Positions 14,464 to 25,679 of a stretch of DNA of 64,000 nucleotides are shown here, piece by piece; position 1 is the stretch's first letter; each line of letters starts with the position of its first letter. Source of the stretch: a virus (lineage: Duplodnaviria; Heunggongvirae; Uroviricota; Caudoviricetes); IMG/VR virus record IMGVR_UViG_3300042905_002309, positions 41,278-105,277 of that record; one strand, given 5' to 3'. The notes under the pieces were generated by a model. It did no database searches and was not told where the DNA came from. It saw only the letters and a program-made list of their open reading frames with translations. The translations under genes and the position numbers were made by a program.

Positions 14464-17400
14464 TTAACCTCTCCAAGTTTTATCAAATGGATCACCCCAA
14501 TTATTACCAAGTTCTGGTGAATTTGCTACCATTGTTCCTAATTCCTTCTCTACATATTTAGCAATACAAGATACTTCATCACATTGTGGGAAAGTCTCTT
14601 GAACATTTGCCTTTACATATACACGAATGATATATGTATATTTAGCACAATGTTCACATTTAGGAGGTTCTATTCCAAAGACATTTACTTCTGGTTTAAT
14701 TTCACCTAATCCACCACGATATGGTAACTCATAAAAGAAAATTACACTACTATCAGCAAAATGTGTTACTAATTTATCCATACTATCGAATGAATAATCT
14801 TTTGTGTTATATGTCTCATTATTCATTTTGATAATAGGACCAAATCCTTCACCTACAATAAATATAGTTTTATCAGGATATTTTTCCTTCATTGCTTCTA
14901 CTAACATATCTTTTGTTACAAGTTTAGTATATGTTTTATGTGTTACCTTCCATGATAATATTTCATTATCTCGTTTAAGCGAATTAATTTGTTGATATAA
15001 ATCTTCGATCTGGTATAATAATTGATTCTCTCTATTATTAAGAGGTGGATTGAATTGTTCCTTAATTAATGCTGTTGTTAGTTCTTTCATTTTATTCCTT
15101 CTTTCTTATTTTACTAAATTCTTCTTGTGGCTCGATTAATAATACTTTTTCACATTTATCTGAATCTTTATTTATATCACCAATAAATCCCCATTTTTTC
15201 ATTAGATATGTTTTGTGAAATTCTGCATAACGTTTTTTGATTTCCGCAATACGTTCTTCTCTAAAATTTCCAAAATAGTATTTCTCTTCGGATTCAAGTA
15301 TAACTGCTGTTTTTAATCTGTTGATATTTTCTTCTTCTGATTCTGGTGTCTTAGTATAATCTAAAACATGTCTCCATTTTTCAACAAGTTGTGATGCTCT
15401 TTCAAAATCACACTGGTTTGAACATGTACGAAGTATACTGAGTTCTGTACAATCTTTACCACACCATTCACAATAATCTTGTTTATAATCGTTCATAATA
15501 CTTCATTTGTAATATCGATATACTCACCACGTTTATATGACTCATGCATTTCAATTATTTCTTTGGCAGTTTGTTGTGCGTTTGGTGAACTTGACAAATT
15601 TCGTGTAAACCCAAAACCAATGATACCATCAGTTTTAAATATTTTTTGAAGTCGTGCTATATAATCAACTTCCGACATTTCTAAATTTACATAGGTTTGT
15701 TTCATAATTTATTTCCTGTATATGGATCAATTGGATCATCTTCAAATAATTCAGGATGTTCTTTTCTAAGATTTCCCATATCTTCTAAATAATCATTACC
15801 TATTTTCTCCCAATCTTTACCTATTTTTGCCCAATCACTAGTTTCATTTAATACTAAATCTTTAAGAGATTCTTCGCATTTTAATATTTCTACTTCAATA
15901 AAATCTGCGATTGGCTTATCTTTTAATTGTTCGCTGATAATAATTTCGTTCATAATTAACCTTTCAAATGACTATATTTCTTACGCTTCTCACGGATTCG
16001 TTGAATCGTTTCAAAGTCGCCTGTCTGAATAGCAATCTTCAAATCATTGTCTTCTTTGATTCTATCCAATTCATCTTGCCGTTTCTTAGCTTCGGCTAAG
16101 TCTTCGGCAGTTGTCTCTTTCTTCTGTAAGATGAAATTAACAATTCGAACGATCAATTCAATTATTGCTGTTATTAGTTTCATTTTTCTTCTGCTTGGCC
16201 TCAATCTTCATCAATCCTTCATGAACAAATGCCACAAATGCCTTATGATGATCTTGAAGTGCTATTAATTTATTACCTACATTCATATTCATTTCACTTA
16301 ATCTCGCAACTTGTCCATATAAGTTAGCAATCTTGATACTCTTAGCATCCTCTTCACTAATTTCAAGAGATTTCTCTGTAAGAAGTTTTTCAAACTCTAC
16401 AATATCTAATAAATCTTGTGTCTTATTAAAAAGATTCTCTTCAAATAAGTTCATTTAACTCTTTCTCCCTAGTCTTTGAAGACATCATAATCGTTTTACC
16501 AATAGTCGGATGTGTTCGAACCAAATCACGAATAGCTTTTTGCATTACATATTCAAGATGGTCAAACACATCTGCTGAGACTCTTGTGAATTTCTTCGTT
16601 CTAGTGTCTTCTGCAACACTTAGAACGAATTTCTTACAAGCTGATCTATTGATGAGTGATGCCATTAGCGTTTCTCATTTAAAAGGACTTGGACACTTTG
16701 CATATAAGGTTCGTCTTGGATTACTTCCTTGATTTGACGTTCCTTCTGTACTGCATTAGACTGTAACCAGCCCACCAAATTGCCTTCTTCAACGATCCAC
16801 GTTCTTCCACCTGCCATAATTGTTATTTGCATATTATTTCAAACTCCCTGCTTCTTTAATTACTTGACTAACTTCATCTGAAATAGGTTTCTTAGTTTTA
16901 ACATCCTTCTCAACACGTACACGTTTCTTCATGTCACGACTTGAGCGTAAAGGCTTACGAGGCACAGGTGAACTATTCTCGAAAGTTCTACCACCACACT
17001 GAGGACACTTATCCTTCAACTTACACACTTCTGATCCATAACCACAACTTTCACACCACATATTATGTTTCCTTTCGCATTTTTAGTATCTTCTGTTTAT
17101 TAATTTCGTCCAAAACTCTTTGATCATAAATAGTCGTAGCAGCTTTTGTTCGCAACATTGCAAACTTCTTGCCAAAAGAATTCACAATAAAGGTTCCAGC
17201 TTTAATTTTTACTTCCTTACCCTTCTGAACTTCATCTACATTCTCAGAAAGGAACTCTAATGTTAAGTCTTTCTTATCAAACTTAATAACCTTGAGCTTC
17301 AATCCGTTTACTTCAACGATTTCATCAGGCTGAATCAAACAAAATCCTCTAGAATCTTGTTGTTCTTGATTCTCACGCACTTTAATTACATCTTGTTCTT

Positions 17401-17723
17401 GCATATTATTTTACCTTTGGTTTTCTTCCACGCTTTTTAGGAGCTTCCTCAACTTCATTAGATAATAGTTTATCACCCTTTACTGATTTGTCAAGTTTTT
17501 TAGCAGCCTTAATAAACTTTTTAGCTTCTTTAGGGTCTTGAAGATTATTACAAATCTCTCCTAACATATGTACTATCGCATAATTGGTTAAAGCCTTTTC
17601 ATCTGTAGCAATTTTCTCCAATGCATACGCACATAATGTCTTTGTCTCTTCATCTGTCAAGTCCATATCATATTCTACCATATCCACAATTCGTTCATTA
17701 GTCAAATTCATACCGTTCCTCAT
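14464..17723 (-). other. Run of about ten small co-oriented hypothetical genes (includes zinc-finger ORF 16834-17061)
   Basis: Abutting or overlapping start-stop codons; no recognisable family. Confidence 0.65.
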
Positions 17724-17809
17724 CTTTCTATTAAGAATATAACAAACTTTTAAGTTAAATCAAGTATAAATCTTGCAAAAACGAGAAATGGTTATAAATA
17801 CTTGTATAT

Positions 17810-18415
17810 ATGAGTGTTATAGAAACAAATTCGTTGATTGAAGAGTTGAAAAATCTTAATTCTGATTTAAGTGGTGGATTAAAAGATATGAAACGTACTA
17901 CTATCGATCTAAATAGTAAGTTTAATAATTCTATTTCAACTATAACACCAATTATAACATCAACCACACCAACAACTAGTTCTATACCTATCTTACCACC
18001 AAAACAACCATTAAATATGGATGGATTAAGTGATTTCGTGTTATCTAAAACAGAAGAATTGGTAATTAATGGATTAGATACTGTTAAAGACCTTCAGCAG
18101 ACCGTAGGATTAACTATGGACGGAAAGGTTATCGCCGCCTTTGCAAACGTTATTGCCGCCACTAACACGGCTCTAGCCACTTTAAATGCCATAAATATTG
18201 AGCGTAGTAAACAAAAAGCAGCTAAAGAATTAAAAGAGATGGATATTGCTGCTAAAAAAGCTATTGGACCTGCAAATAATACTAAAAATGTCGTTAATCT
18301 CATCGCAAATAGAGAGGTCATACTTAAAATGTTAGAGGAAACATCAAATACACCTATAAAAGGGGAAATAATTGATTTGACCTCCGATGATTATAGCGTT
18401 CAAAACACTAAATAG
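17810..18415 (+). CDS. Possible terminase small subunit (gp16-like)
   Basis: Helical core and C-terminal NxxNxxxxxxxxxLKML pattern resemble T4-type TerS; TATAAATA upstream. Confidence 0.45.
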   Translation: MSVIETNSLIEELKNLNSDLSGGLKDMKRTTIDLNSKFNNSISTITPIITSTTPTTSSIPILPPKQPLNMDGLSDFVLSKTEELVINGLDTVKDLQQTVGLTMDGKVIAAFANVIAATNTALATLNAINIERSKQKAAKELKEMDIAAKKAIGPANNTKNVVNLIANREVILKMLEETSNTPIKGEIIDLTSDDYSVQNTK

Positions 18416-18497
18416 TTATAGCAGTAATCAAAGAAGGTATGAACTTCTTTGAAACAGGTGGAGTAATCTACCTACTGTCCTGCTACAGAAGTATTTA
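18409..18497 (+). ncRNA. Three-way-junction leader RNA, copy 1 (HNH-associated)
   Basis: TAGCAG-TAAT-CAAAGAAG/CTTCTTTG-AAA-...-CTGTC-CTGCTA. Confidence 0.7.
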
Positions 18498-18509
18498 AGG
18501 AGTAATATC

Positions 18510-19115
18510 ATGAATCAAGTAGAATCTACAAAGAAATGTTCAAAATGTCAAAACATTAAACCTTTATCAGAGTTTAGTAAAAATAAGTCACATCATGACG
18601 GATATAATAATTACTGTAAATGTTGTCGTAAACAATATTCTATAGAAAATCGTAATCAAAGACAAAAACATGATAAAAAGTATCAAAATTCGCACTCAAT
18701 CTCATATAAACAATATCAAAAACAATACGGTAAATTATGGCGTGAGATAAATAAAAATAAAAGAACAACACAAGCTAATTTTAGATATAACTCTGATATT
18801 AAATTTAAACTTTTACAGATTTTACGTAGTCGTATAAATTATGCAATACATAAAAATTCTAAAAATGAACATTCGATTGATTTATTAATGTGTACTGTTA
18901 ATGAATGGAAAAGGCATCTTGAAGTGCAATTTGTTAATGGTATGTCTTGGGAAAATTATGGTAATAAAGAAAATCAGTGGTCAGTAGATCACATAATACC
19001 ATGTAATTTCTTCAATCTAAGTGATCCGGTAGAACAATATATGTGTTTTAGATATGAAAATACTAGACCTTTATGGCATATTGATAATTTACGTAAATCT
19101 AATAAAATAATTTAA
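18510..19115 (+). CDS. Free-standing HNH endonuclease with N-terminal Zn finger
   Basis: CxKC...CKxC; HLExQF, GMxWxNYG, WxxDHIIP, NxxPL..N. Confidence 0.85.
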   Translation: MNQVESTKKCSKCQNIKPLSEFSKNKSHHDGYNNYCKCCRKQYSIENRNQRQKHDKKYQNSHSISYKQYQKQYGKLWREINKNKRTTQANFRYNSDIKFKLLQILRSRINYAIHKNSKNEHSIDLLMCTVNEWKRHLEVQFVNGMSWENYGNKENQWSVDHIIPCNFFNLSDPVEQYMCFRYENTRPLWHIDNLRKSNKII

Positions 19116-20251
19116 ATAGAACCCTTTTTCCATACCCACATAGGTTCGGCAAAGATACCTTCCTTGTCAGCATTGGTATTTGGTCGTTTAGCCATTCTTA
19201 AACCTAATGCACCTTGATATTCTGAACCTTTAAGTGTGTTAATATAATCGTTCATTGGATCACAAATATGATTAATCGTATGATTTGAGTACACATCTGA
19301 TATATTGATTATCATATGTCCACCTTCTTTTAAATTAACCCAAAAACATCGTATAGATTCAAATAAAAATCCTGCTAACCAATCATCAAGCTTCTTAAAT
19401 TTCTTAAAAGATTGATCCGCATCTTGTGTATATCTCTCTATATTGAAATAGGGACACGACGTAAATATTAAGTCTACTTTTTCACCTAATGTTACATCTT
19501 CCGCACACCAAGGCAACATTTTAGCACTCTTATCTTTACATATAGAATTATACATCGTAATCTGGTCATTATATCCAGCAATTAGATTTTTATTTGGATC
19601 GATTCCTATATATTCTTTAGCAGATGATGCATAAAATCCTGTTAATCTATCACCCCATCCTGATGAAAAATCCAATACAACGCCATTTGGTGCATATCTA
19701 TTATAAATATATTTAGCTACAGATGGTTTAAATTGTGATGCAATATATTTACGCATACCTATAGCTTGTTTAAATGTGCTCATAGTAATACTACCCGTAA
19801 TCAATCCACTCCAAAAGTAATTCATTAATGTAAGCATAAATTTATCATTATTCCATACTCTAATTGGTGATGGTGAATTAATGGAGTCACACGCTAACCT
19901 GTTATCCATGTGATAATAGTTAGAAGCTTGAAGTCCTGCATTGCTACCGTTTAGATATATAAAATTATTAATGTCTTCATACTCCAAAGGCCATTTATAG
20001 TCATATCGTGTATGCCAATATTCATAATTTTCTATCTTTACACTATCCTCTACAATTAAATTATTGAAATCCTTAATAACTTGGTCAACTGTGGGTTTAC
20101 TAAATGGTAATGGTATATTATAAATACGAATAGCTTTTAACATTTCTAATTTAATTTGATCTTTTGTGTATGTCGTATTGAGAGCATTCCAATATTCATT
20201 AGATATATTAAATTCTCCGTCTTTTATAAAGTTGATATAATTTAATTCCAT
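19112..20251 (-). CDS. SAM-dependent DNA amino-methyltransferase-like protein
   Basis: VLDFSSGWGDRL motif I; FTSCPYF (variant of SPPY). Confidence 0.8.
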   Translation of the reverse strand: MELNYINFIKDGEFNISNEYWNALNTTYTKDQIKLEMLKAIRIYNIPLPFSKPTVDQVIKDFNNLIVEDSVKIENYEYWHTRYDYKWPLEYEDINNFIYLNGSNAGLQASNYYHMDNRLACDSINSPSPIRVWNNDKFMLTLMNYFWSGLITGSITMSTFKQAIGMRKYIASQFKPSVAKYIYNRYAPNGVVLDFSSGWGDRLTGFYASSAKEYIGIDPNKNLIAGYNDQITMYNSICKDKSAKMLPWCAEDVTLGEKVDLIFTSCPYFNIERYTQDADQSFKKFKKLDDWLAGFLFESIRCFWVNLKEGGHMIINISDVYSNHTINHICDPMNDYINTLKGSEYQGALGLRMAKRPNTNADKEGIFAEPMWVWKKGSI

Positions 20252-20288
20252 GTATATGACTATATCATATATGGTACACAAAGCAACA

Positions 20289-21083
20289 TTATTCTACATG
20301 GTATCTATAATAATATAATCCTACTTTATATTTTAAGATTTCTTTATTTTTCTGACAACATTTAACTATATTGGATGTATATGAATTATTTTCCGTTGCT
20401 GTATCTTTAATGGTGTCATATATTTTAATAACATTTAGTGTTATTGGACAGATTTTATCTATTTTTCTTCTGTTAACTGATGGTTTACCAAAATTAAAAT
20501 TACCACACCCGCTATTCTTCTCTGATAAAAATATTAGATACTCGTTAGTAAAGGTTGGTGCCAACGTGCCATTTTTAATCTTTGTTGCTATTCTTTTTAA
20601 TGTAGCTTCTTTAGTTTTTGGTATACCTTTTAAAGCTTGTGATATTTTATTTTTATGTTCTTCTGACATTTTTCCGTTTTTATCTCTACGTTTTGTTGCT
20701 AAATAACACTTCATTTTTGTTTCGTCAGTATGTTTTTTATTTAAATTTATATTTCTTAATTTTTCTTTTGTAGTCTCATTATGTAATCTAGGTGCTATTG
20801 GCATATCTACATTATATCCCAAATTACGATCAAAACTATTATAATAATTACACCAAAAGGTTTCTCGTTCTTTTAATTGCTCAAATTTACATTCTTCTAT
20901 AATATCAAATTTAAAATTTTCTACCCCATGTTTCGTTATAGAACTTTGTATATATGTAGGATATTTTTTAGGATATTTTTTATGTTCTTTCCATCTACGT
21001 AAAATATTATTAGATGAACCTATATAAATCTTATTATTAAGAATGTTTATTATTTTATAAATACCTGTAATTTTTGTTTTCAT
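20289..21083 (-). CDS. GIY-YIG homing endonuclease with NUMOD-type repeats
   Basis: GIYKI...IYIGSS, RWxEH, repeated HxxETKxK; sits just downstream of gp23. Confidence 0.9.
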   Translation of the reverse strand: MKTKITGIYKIINILNNKIYIGSSNNILRRWKEHKKYPKKYPTYIQSSITKHGVENFKFDIIEECKFEQLKERETFWCNYYNSFDRNLGYNVDMPIAPRLHNETTKEKLRNINLNKKHTDETKMKCYLATKRRDKNGKMSEEHKNKISQALKGIPKTKEATLKRIATKIKNGTLAPTFTNEYLIFLSEKNSGCGNFNFGKPSVNRRKIDKICPITLNVIKIYDTIKDTATENNSYTSNIVKCCQKNKEILKYKVGLYYYRYHVE

Positions 21084-21203
21084 ATAACTATTTATAATGT
21101 AATGTTCTAAAGTAAAGTAAAAAAGTATAAAAAAAGAAGAGGTTATTTCTAACCTCTTCGTAAAGAAAAGGGTTACTTTCATAACCCCTTGATCTACAAT
21201 GAT

Positions 21204-22667
21204 TTACATGTAGACGTGTGCGGCCCCGGGCACAAAGGCTTCACCAAGACCCTTGACTATCAACAAGTGATAGAACATAGAGCTTCCGAAGATATGATCT
21301 ACAACACCATAACGTGTAAGCAAACCAACTCTTGGTGCAAAGTCATTAGGTCCAATTGTGCGTTGAATCATAACCGGGATGTAAGGACAGTATACCAAAC
21401 CAGTGTCATAATAATCAGCACCCTTGTATCCAAGCAATGCGTATTCTACGATAGCGGTACGTTGACCCTGTTGGTACTGGGCTTCTGTACGTGTATCTCT
21501 GTAGATATTAAAACGACCACCGACTGAACCAACCTTGGCAATACCCGTAGGCTGTGTATTGACAGTTCCATTCACTTGCATGAACTTGAACTCAGGAAGG
21601 TTTTCCAAGATTGAACACACTCTTGGTGTTGCAATAATGAAGTTAGCAGGACCACGACGATTGTTGATAGCAATACGGTTTGCTTCAATAATGATACGGG
21701 CATACAAGTCACGATTACGTTCACCGATCCAACGGGCATCAGCAGAACCAGCGTACCAGAATGAATAACCCTTACCCTTGTTTGTAGGTCCACCAGCGGT
21801 TAAGCAGATTTGAACCATACGCATAATCATTTCACGGTCAATTTCAGCCTGAATTTCATAACTCATTGCATTGGTCATTTCTGAGTCAATGTCAATACCG
21901 TTCATGTTCTTCAAGTCTTGTTCCAACTCAACGCTCCACTTTGCAGCTAAACGTCTTGTACCAGCTTCAACGCTTGTCTTCTCCATACTGATAGTCATCT
22001 GAGGAATCTTACCAGACATTTCGAATTGAGCAAGAAGGGCTGCTACACCAGAGTCAACTCCATTGTATGCAGGATCAAATACTCCAGCTAAACCAACTAA
22101 GCTGTTTGAGCTTACGCCAGTATGCATAGTATTAAGATTATTCCAACCAACTTCGGTCTGACCTGAAAGTACTGTATTACTAGTACCTGTCCAAGTATTA
22201 CCACCAACGCCATTAGCTGTCCAACCAGAAGGATCACGACCATCACTATTACCCGTATATCCACCAAGACTGTTATCATCATAGCGGTAACGAAGTGCGA
22301 AAGCCAAACCAACGGGTCCACTCATAGGCTGAACACCGACGATTTCATTAGTAATCAATTCAGGGAAAGTACGACGAATCATGGGAATTAATACTTTAGG
22401 TAAACGTGCGTCACCTGGAGCATAATTGTCACCAGAATAAGGAGTACCCATATTTCCACCGCTACCAAATACTCCACCTTGTCCAGCGAAGCTATTTTCG
22501 GTCAAATACTTTTCTTGGTTTTCCAAAAGTACGGCTGTACTTAAACGCTTGTGAGAATCTTCCAAAGCAGGAACCTTATCGGAGCTATAGTCCAAAACGG
22601 GTTTCCACTTTTCGAGCAATTGTGTTGCTCTACTGCGATCTACATATCCACTTGCTTGTGTTATCAT
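21204..22667 (-). CDS. gp23: Major capsid protein (T4 gp23-like)
   Basis: LLENQ, VGVQPMSGPVGLAFALR, ELEQDLK, EIQAEIDRE, YCPYIP, TRYG. Confidence 0.97.
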   Translation of the reverse strand: MITQASGYVDRSRATQLLEKWKPVLDYSSDKVPALEDSHKRLSTAVLLENQEKYLTENSFAGQGGVFGSGGNMGTPYSGDNYAPGDARLPKVLIPMIRRTFPELITNEIVGVQPMSGPVGLAFALRYRYDDNSLGGYTGNSDGRDPSGWTANGVGGNTWTGTSNTVLSGQTEVGWNNLNTMHTGVSSNSLVGLAGVFDPAYNGVDSGVAALLAQFEMSGKIPQMTISMEKTSVEAGTRRLAAKWSVELEQDLKNMNGIDIDSEMTNAMSYEIQAEIDREMIMRMVQICLTAGGPTNKGKGYSFWYAGSADARWIGERNRDLYARIIIEANRIAINNRRGPANFIIATPRVCSILENLPEFKFMQVNGTVNTQPTGIAKVGSVGGRFNIYRDTRTEAQYQQGQRTAIVEYALLGYKGADYYDTGLVYCPYIPVMIQRTIGPNDFAPRVGLLTRYGVVDHIFGSSMFYHLLIVKGLGEAFVPGAAHVYM

Positions 22668-22779
22668 TTTTTATTTCCTTTTTCTATTTCTAAATGTCCA
22701 AACCATTGAACATTAAATTGTTTTCTTATAATTATTTATCAAATTCAAAATCAATTCTGAGGTTTTTTCTGAATTTTTA

Positions 22780-23703
22780 TTAAACAATCTTTCTTTCGTT
22801 TACATCACCCTTCATATAATTAGCAATTTCTTGTACATAAGAGTACTCAGGAATTTCTCCAGCTTCTTCCTTCTTCTCAAGAATTACTTTAGGTGTATCA
22901 AATGTTTTCTGATCAACCTTGGTAGTTGCTTTTGAAGTTGCTTCTTCAATCTTCTTGGTTTCATCGTGTTCAAACATTTCAGTGACATACTTATAGTTTG
23001 ATTCGATTTCACTTGGCTTCTTGCCTTCTAACATTTTCAACACATACTTCTTTTGTTCTGGTGACAAATCTTTGGTCTTCTTCTCAAGAATCAAAGTTGC
23101 CTCAGTAGCTTGAAGTTTCTGTTTAATTTCGGTAGATTCCTTAATTGTAGAATTAAGTTGCATACGAAGTTTTTCAATTGTGTCATGTCCATCTTTAAGT
23201 GCAGACTTGAAATTCTCACTAATAAACTCAGGATCAACTGCAACAATTTTACGAATTTCGTCCAACATTGTACGAGCACGAATATTGTCACAAGCTTCTT
23301 TGAGTTGCTGTGTAGGCATAGCGGAATCCATATAAAGATCAACAAACTTAGAAACCTTTTCGATTAACTCAACACGGAGAGCTTCTGCTCCTGTTTTATA
23401 ATCAGCGTCATACTTCTCAATTACCTTCTGTAACTTAGCAGTATGTGCGGCATCTAATTGTTCAACGACCTTATGAAACTTAGCTGTATGATCTGCATCA
23501 ATTGCTTCAATCAAAGAATCAAGTTTACTGGTATGATCTTCATCCATCTTAGCAAGTTCTGACTCAACTACTAATTGGACTTGGGCTTTGCTTTTCTCTT
23601 CAACAGCTTCGTTGAACATAGTAGCTAAAGTGGTTTTTGTTTCCTCAGTTAATATTTCAGAACTGATTGACTTTAATACATCTTCTATCTTTTTTGTTTC
23701 CAT
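22780..23703 (-). CDS. gp22: Prohead core scaffold protein (gp22-like)
   Basis: Coiled-coil, FNEAV motif, position upstream of gp23. Confidence 0.8.
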   Translation of the reverse strand: METKKIEDVLKSISSEILTEETKTTLATMFNEAVEEKSKAQVQLVVESELAKMDEDHTSKLDSLIEAIDADHTAKFHKVVEQLDAAHTAKLQKVIEKYDADYKTGAEALRVELIEKVSKFVDLYMDSAMPTQQLKEACDNIRARTMLDEIRKIVAVDPEFISENFKSALKDGHDTIEKLRMQLNSTIKESTEIKQKLQATEATLILEKKTKDLSPEQKKYVLKMLEGKKPSEIESNYKYVTEMFEHDETKKIEEATSKATTKVDQKTFDTPKVILEKKEEAGEIPEYSYVQEIANYMKGDVNERKIV

Positions 23704-23705
23704 TG

Positions 23706-23867
23706 TTATTCTCCTTTAGAAATTGATTCATCACTGTTGATCTGGTCACGCATTTTCTCTTTAATACGTTCTGTAACAGCATTTTGCAAACTTGCTTTGG
23801 CATCAGAATAGTTATCTTCGAATATATTCTTAATAAAAACTCCAATTTGTTCCTGTGATTTGGTCAT
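23706..23867 (-). CDS. Small prohead core protein (gp67-like), missed by the ORF track
   Basis: 53-aa ORF MTKSQEQIGVFIKNIFEDNYSDAKASLQNAV... with AGGA RBS, directly upstream of gp22. Confidence 0.6.
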   Translation of the reverse strand: MTKSQEQIGVFIKNIFEDNYSDAKASLQNAVTERIKEKMRDQINSDESISKGE

Positions 23868-23925
23868 AATTACATTTCCTTTTCAATTATTTAGTAGAAT
23901 TAAATACAATTCCATAAAGATTTGT

Positions 23926-24345
23926 TTAATTTTTGGGTATCCATGTGTCTCCACCCATTACAATCTTTTTAATACTACCCACTTTAAATGATCTTGTTAC
24001 TTTTTGACCATTTCTCGTAACACATAATCTTAATACACCATTTCGGGCATATTGAACTTTGGTATCAAGATTGGGATTACGAGTTTGACTAATATTATGT
24101 GAGCCTTTACAAGCCCCTAAACGTCCTGTGAGAGTCATAAGATCACCAGCTTTTTTGCTAGGATCAGTCTTACTATCTAATTCTCTTACAGCAGTTATCG
24201 ATAAAATGTCTTTACCAGCTTGTGTGTGTGCGAACAGAAAGTTCGAAATGTCACTCTCATCTGTTGAATCATCTGTAGTAATATTCTTACGATTTAATGA
24301 ATATTCACGTAAAGCTTCAACAAATAATGTGAAATCTGCTTTCAT
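23926..24345 (-). CDS. Hypothetical protein, possible SH3-like barrel
   Basis: ORF coupled to the upstream gene; C-terminal RSFK...I pattern. Confidence 0.6.
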   Translation of the reverse strand: MKADFTLFVEALREYSLNRKNITTDDSTDESDISNFLFAHTQAGKDILSITAVRELDSKTDPSKKAGDLMTLTGRLGACKGSHNISQTRNPNLDTKVQYARNGVLRLCVTRNGQKVTRSFKVGSIKKIVMGGDTWIPKN

Positions 24346-24839
24346 TAGTCCTTCTTAATGCTTGGAGCAGAAATACCTTTTCCATCAACCTTCGTGGTAG
24401 CTTCTGGTGAGTAGGTTCTGTCACAGTTTTGACAGTATTTGTAACCCTTCTTAGCCTTTTCTTCGTTGTGGTGCTTACCCATTGGTTTGTTGCATTTATC
24501 ACATTTATGTGTGCCTTCGGTTAATACTGCATCATCAGTTTTAACAGACTCCATTGCAGGGGTAGTTGGTGCAGGTGCTGACATCTTATCGAGTAAATTT
24601 GAGATCATACTCAAACTCTGTTTTAAATCATTTACGGTTGAAGTAGTCGTTAAACCTTGGTTCTTATATTCTACAAAGCGTCTTGCATCTACCATGAATA
24701 AACTCACTGCTGTCTTAAAGTTTCCAATATCGGATTTAACTTTAGGTAGTTTTGGTTTATCAAATCGAGTGTCATAAGGCTTGTCATTCACCAACTGTGA
24801 TTTATATACTTCCATTATTTTTGTTGAATCATTATCCAT
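24345..24839 (-). CDS. Hypothetical protein with C-terminal zinc finger
   Basis: CDKC...CQNC. Confidence 0.65.
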   Translation of the reverse strand: MDNDSTKIMEVYKSQLVNDKPYDTRFDKPKLPKVKSDIGNFKTAVSLFMVDARRFVEYKNQGLTTTSTVNDLKQSLSMISNLLDKMSAPAPTTPAMESVKTDDAVLTEGTHKCDKCNKPMGKHHNEEKAKKGYKYCQNCDRTYSPEATTKVDGKGISAPSIKKD

Positions 24840-24840
24840 A

Positions 24841-25512
24841 TTATCCTCTTAATGCTTTCATGAACTGTGCAAAACTCTCAACCATATAAGTATCTACGTC
24901 TTTCTTAGGAATAGCGTTAAGTCTGCATTGTAACGAATCACAAGCTAATTCAACGATTCTTCCACCCTCTGCAATGATATACTGACGATTTTCAGTAATA
25001 CTTTCGAGAATAGCAGATTGGTATGAAGGTTGATGAACAAGGTCAACTGCAATTAAATGGAAATTTTTAACCTTGTTGTACTTGCCTTCTTGAATCAATG
25101 AGCCAAGAGCACGACTAGAACAACCAAGTTTCACACCATCAATAAGCAACTGCTTAACGATTACACCAGCAGGAGTAGAAAGAATTTTTGATCTACCGTA
25201 GAACACATTATCCTTCTGTTCTAACTTGGTAATCATATGGCAAGCTTTGTCAAGAGATACGTCAGTAGATTCTTGAGGATGGTTTAATTCACCTAAAGCA
25301 CGACTTTGTTTAATGAATTCTTTGTCATATCGGGTAACTTCATTAACCATTTCAGTTAAATCGTAGATACGGTTGTTCTGATTTGGTTGCGAAGCCAACA
25401 TGTATGGCCCTTGAATATAAACACTTCTTGGCTCGTTATTGTTCTTTTCTTCAACAATAACCTCTAAATCTTGGCTAAATTCGGTTTCTCTCAAATATTT
25501 TAATACTTGCAT
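24841..25512 (-). CDS. gp21: Prohead protease (gp21-like)
   Basis: NxNNRIY, ALGELNHP, GCSSRALGS, DLVxxPS. Confidence 0.95.
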   Translation of the reverse strand: MQVLKYLRETEFSQDLEVIVEEKNNNEPRSVYIQGPYMLASQPNQNNRIYDLTEMVNEVTRYDKEFIKQSRALGELNHPQESTDVSLDKACHMITKLEQKDNVFYGRSKILSTPAGVIVKQLLIDGVKLGCSSRALGSLIQEGKYNKVKNFHLIAVDLVHQPSYQSAILESITENRQYIIAEGGRIVELACDSLQCRLNAIPKKDVDTYMVESFAQFMKALRG

Positions 25513-25594
25513 ATGTTATTCTCCTGTGTAGAATCGCTTCTCTTTCAAGTATTTATGTAAATAAATGTTAATTTCATCTTTTTTTATTAATCTA

Positions 25595-25667
25595 TTGACA
25601 TTTAATACGAATGTGATATATTAATAAAGAATAGATTGAATACAGCAATAAAAATAATAACAGTCTG
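25595..25667 (+). promoter_or_regulatory. Sigma70 promoter plus 5' UTR CAGCAA hairpin of the TROVE-like gene
   Basis: TTGACA-16-TATATT, then AGATTG-AATACAGCAATAAAAATAATAA-CAGTCT-G abutting the RBS. Confidence 0.7.
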
Positions 25668-25679
25668 AAAGGTAAAAAA

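Noticed and set aside
21189-23367. Antisense and alternate-frame ORFs inside gp23/gp22, and similar shadows elsewhere
   Set aside because: Explained by codon bias of the real genes; no motifs or RBS.
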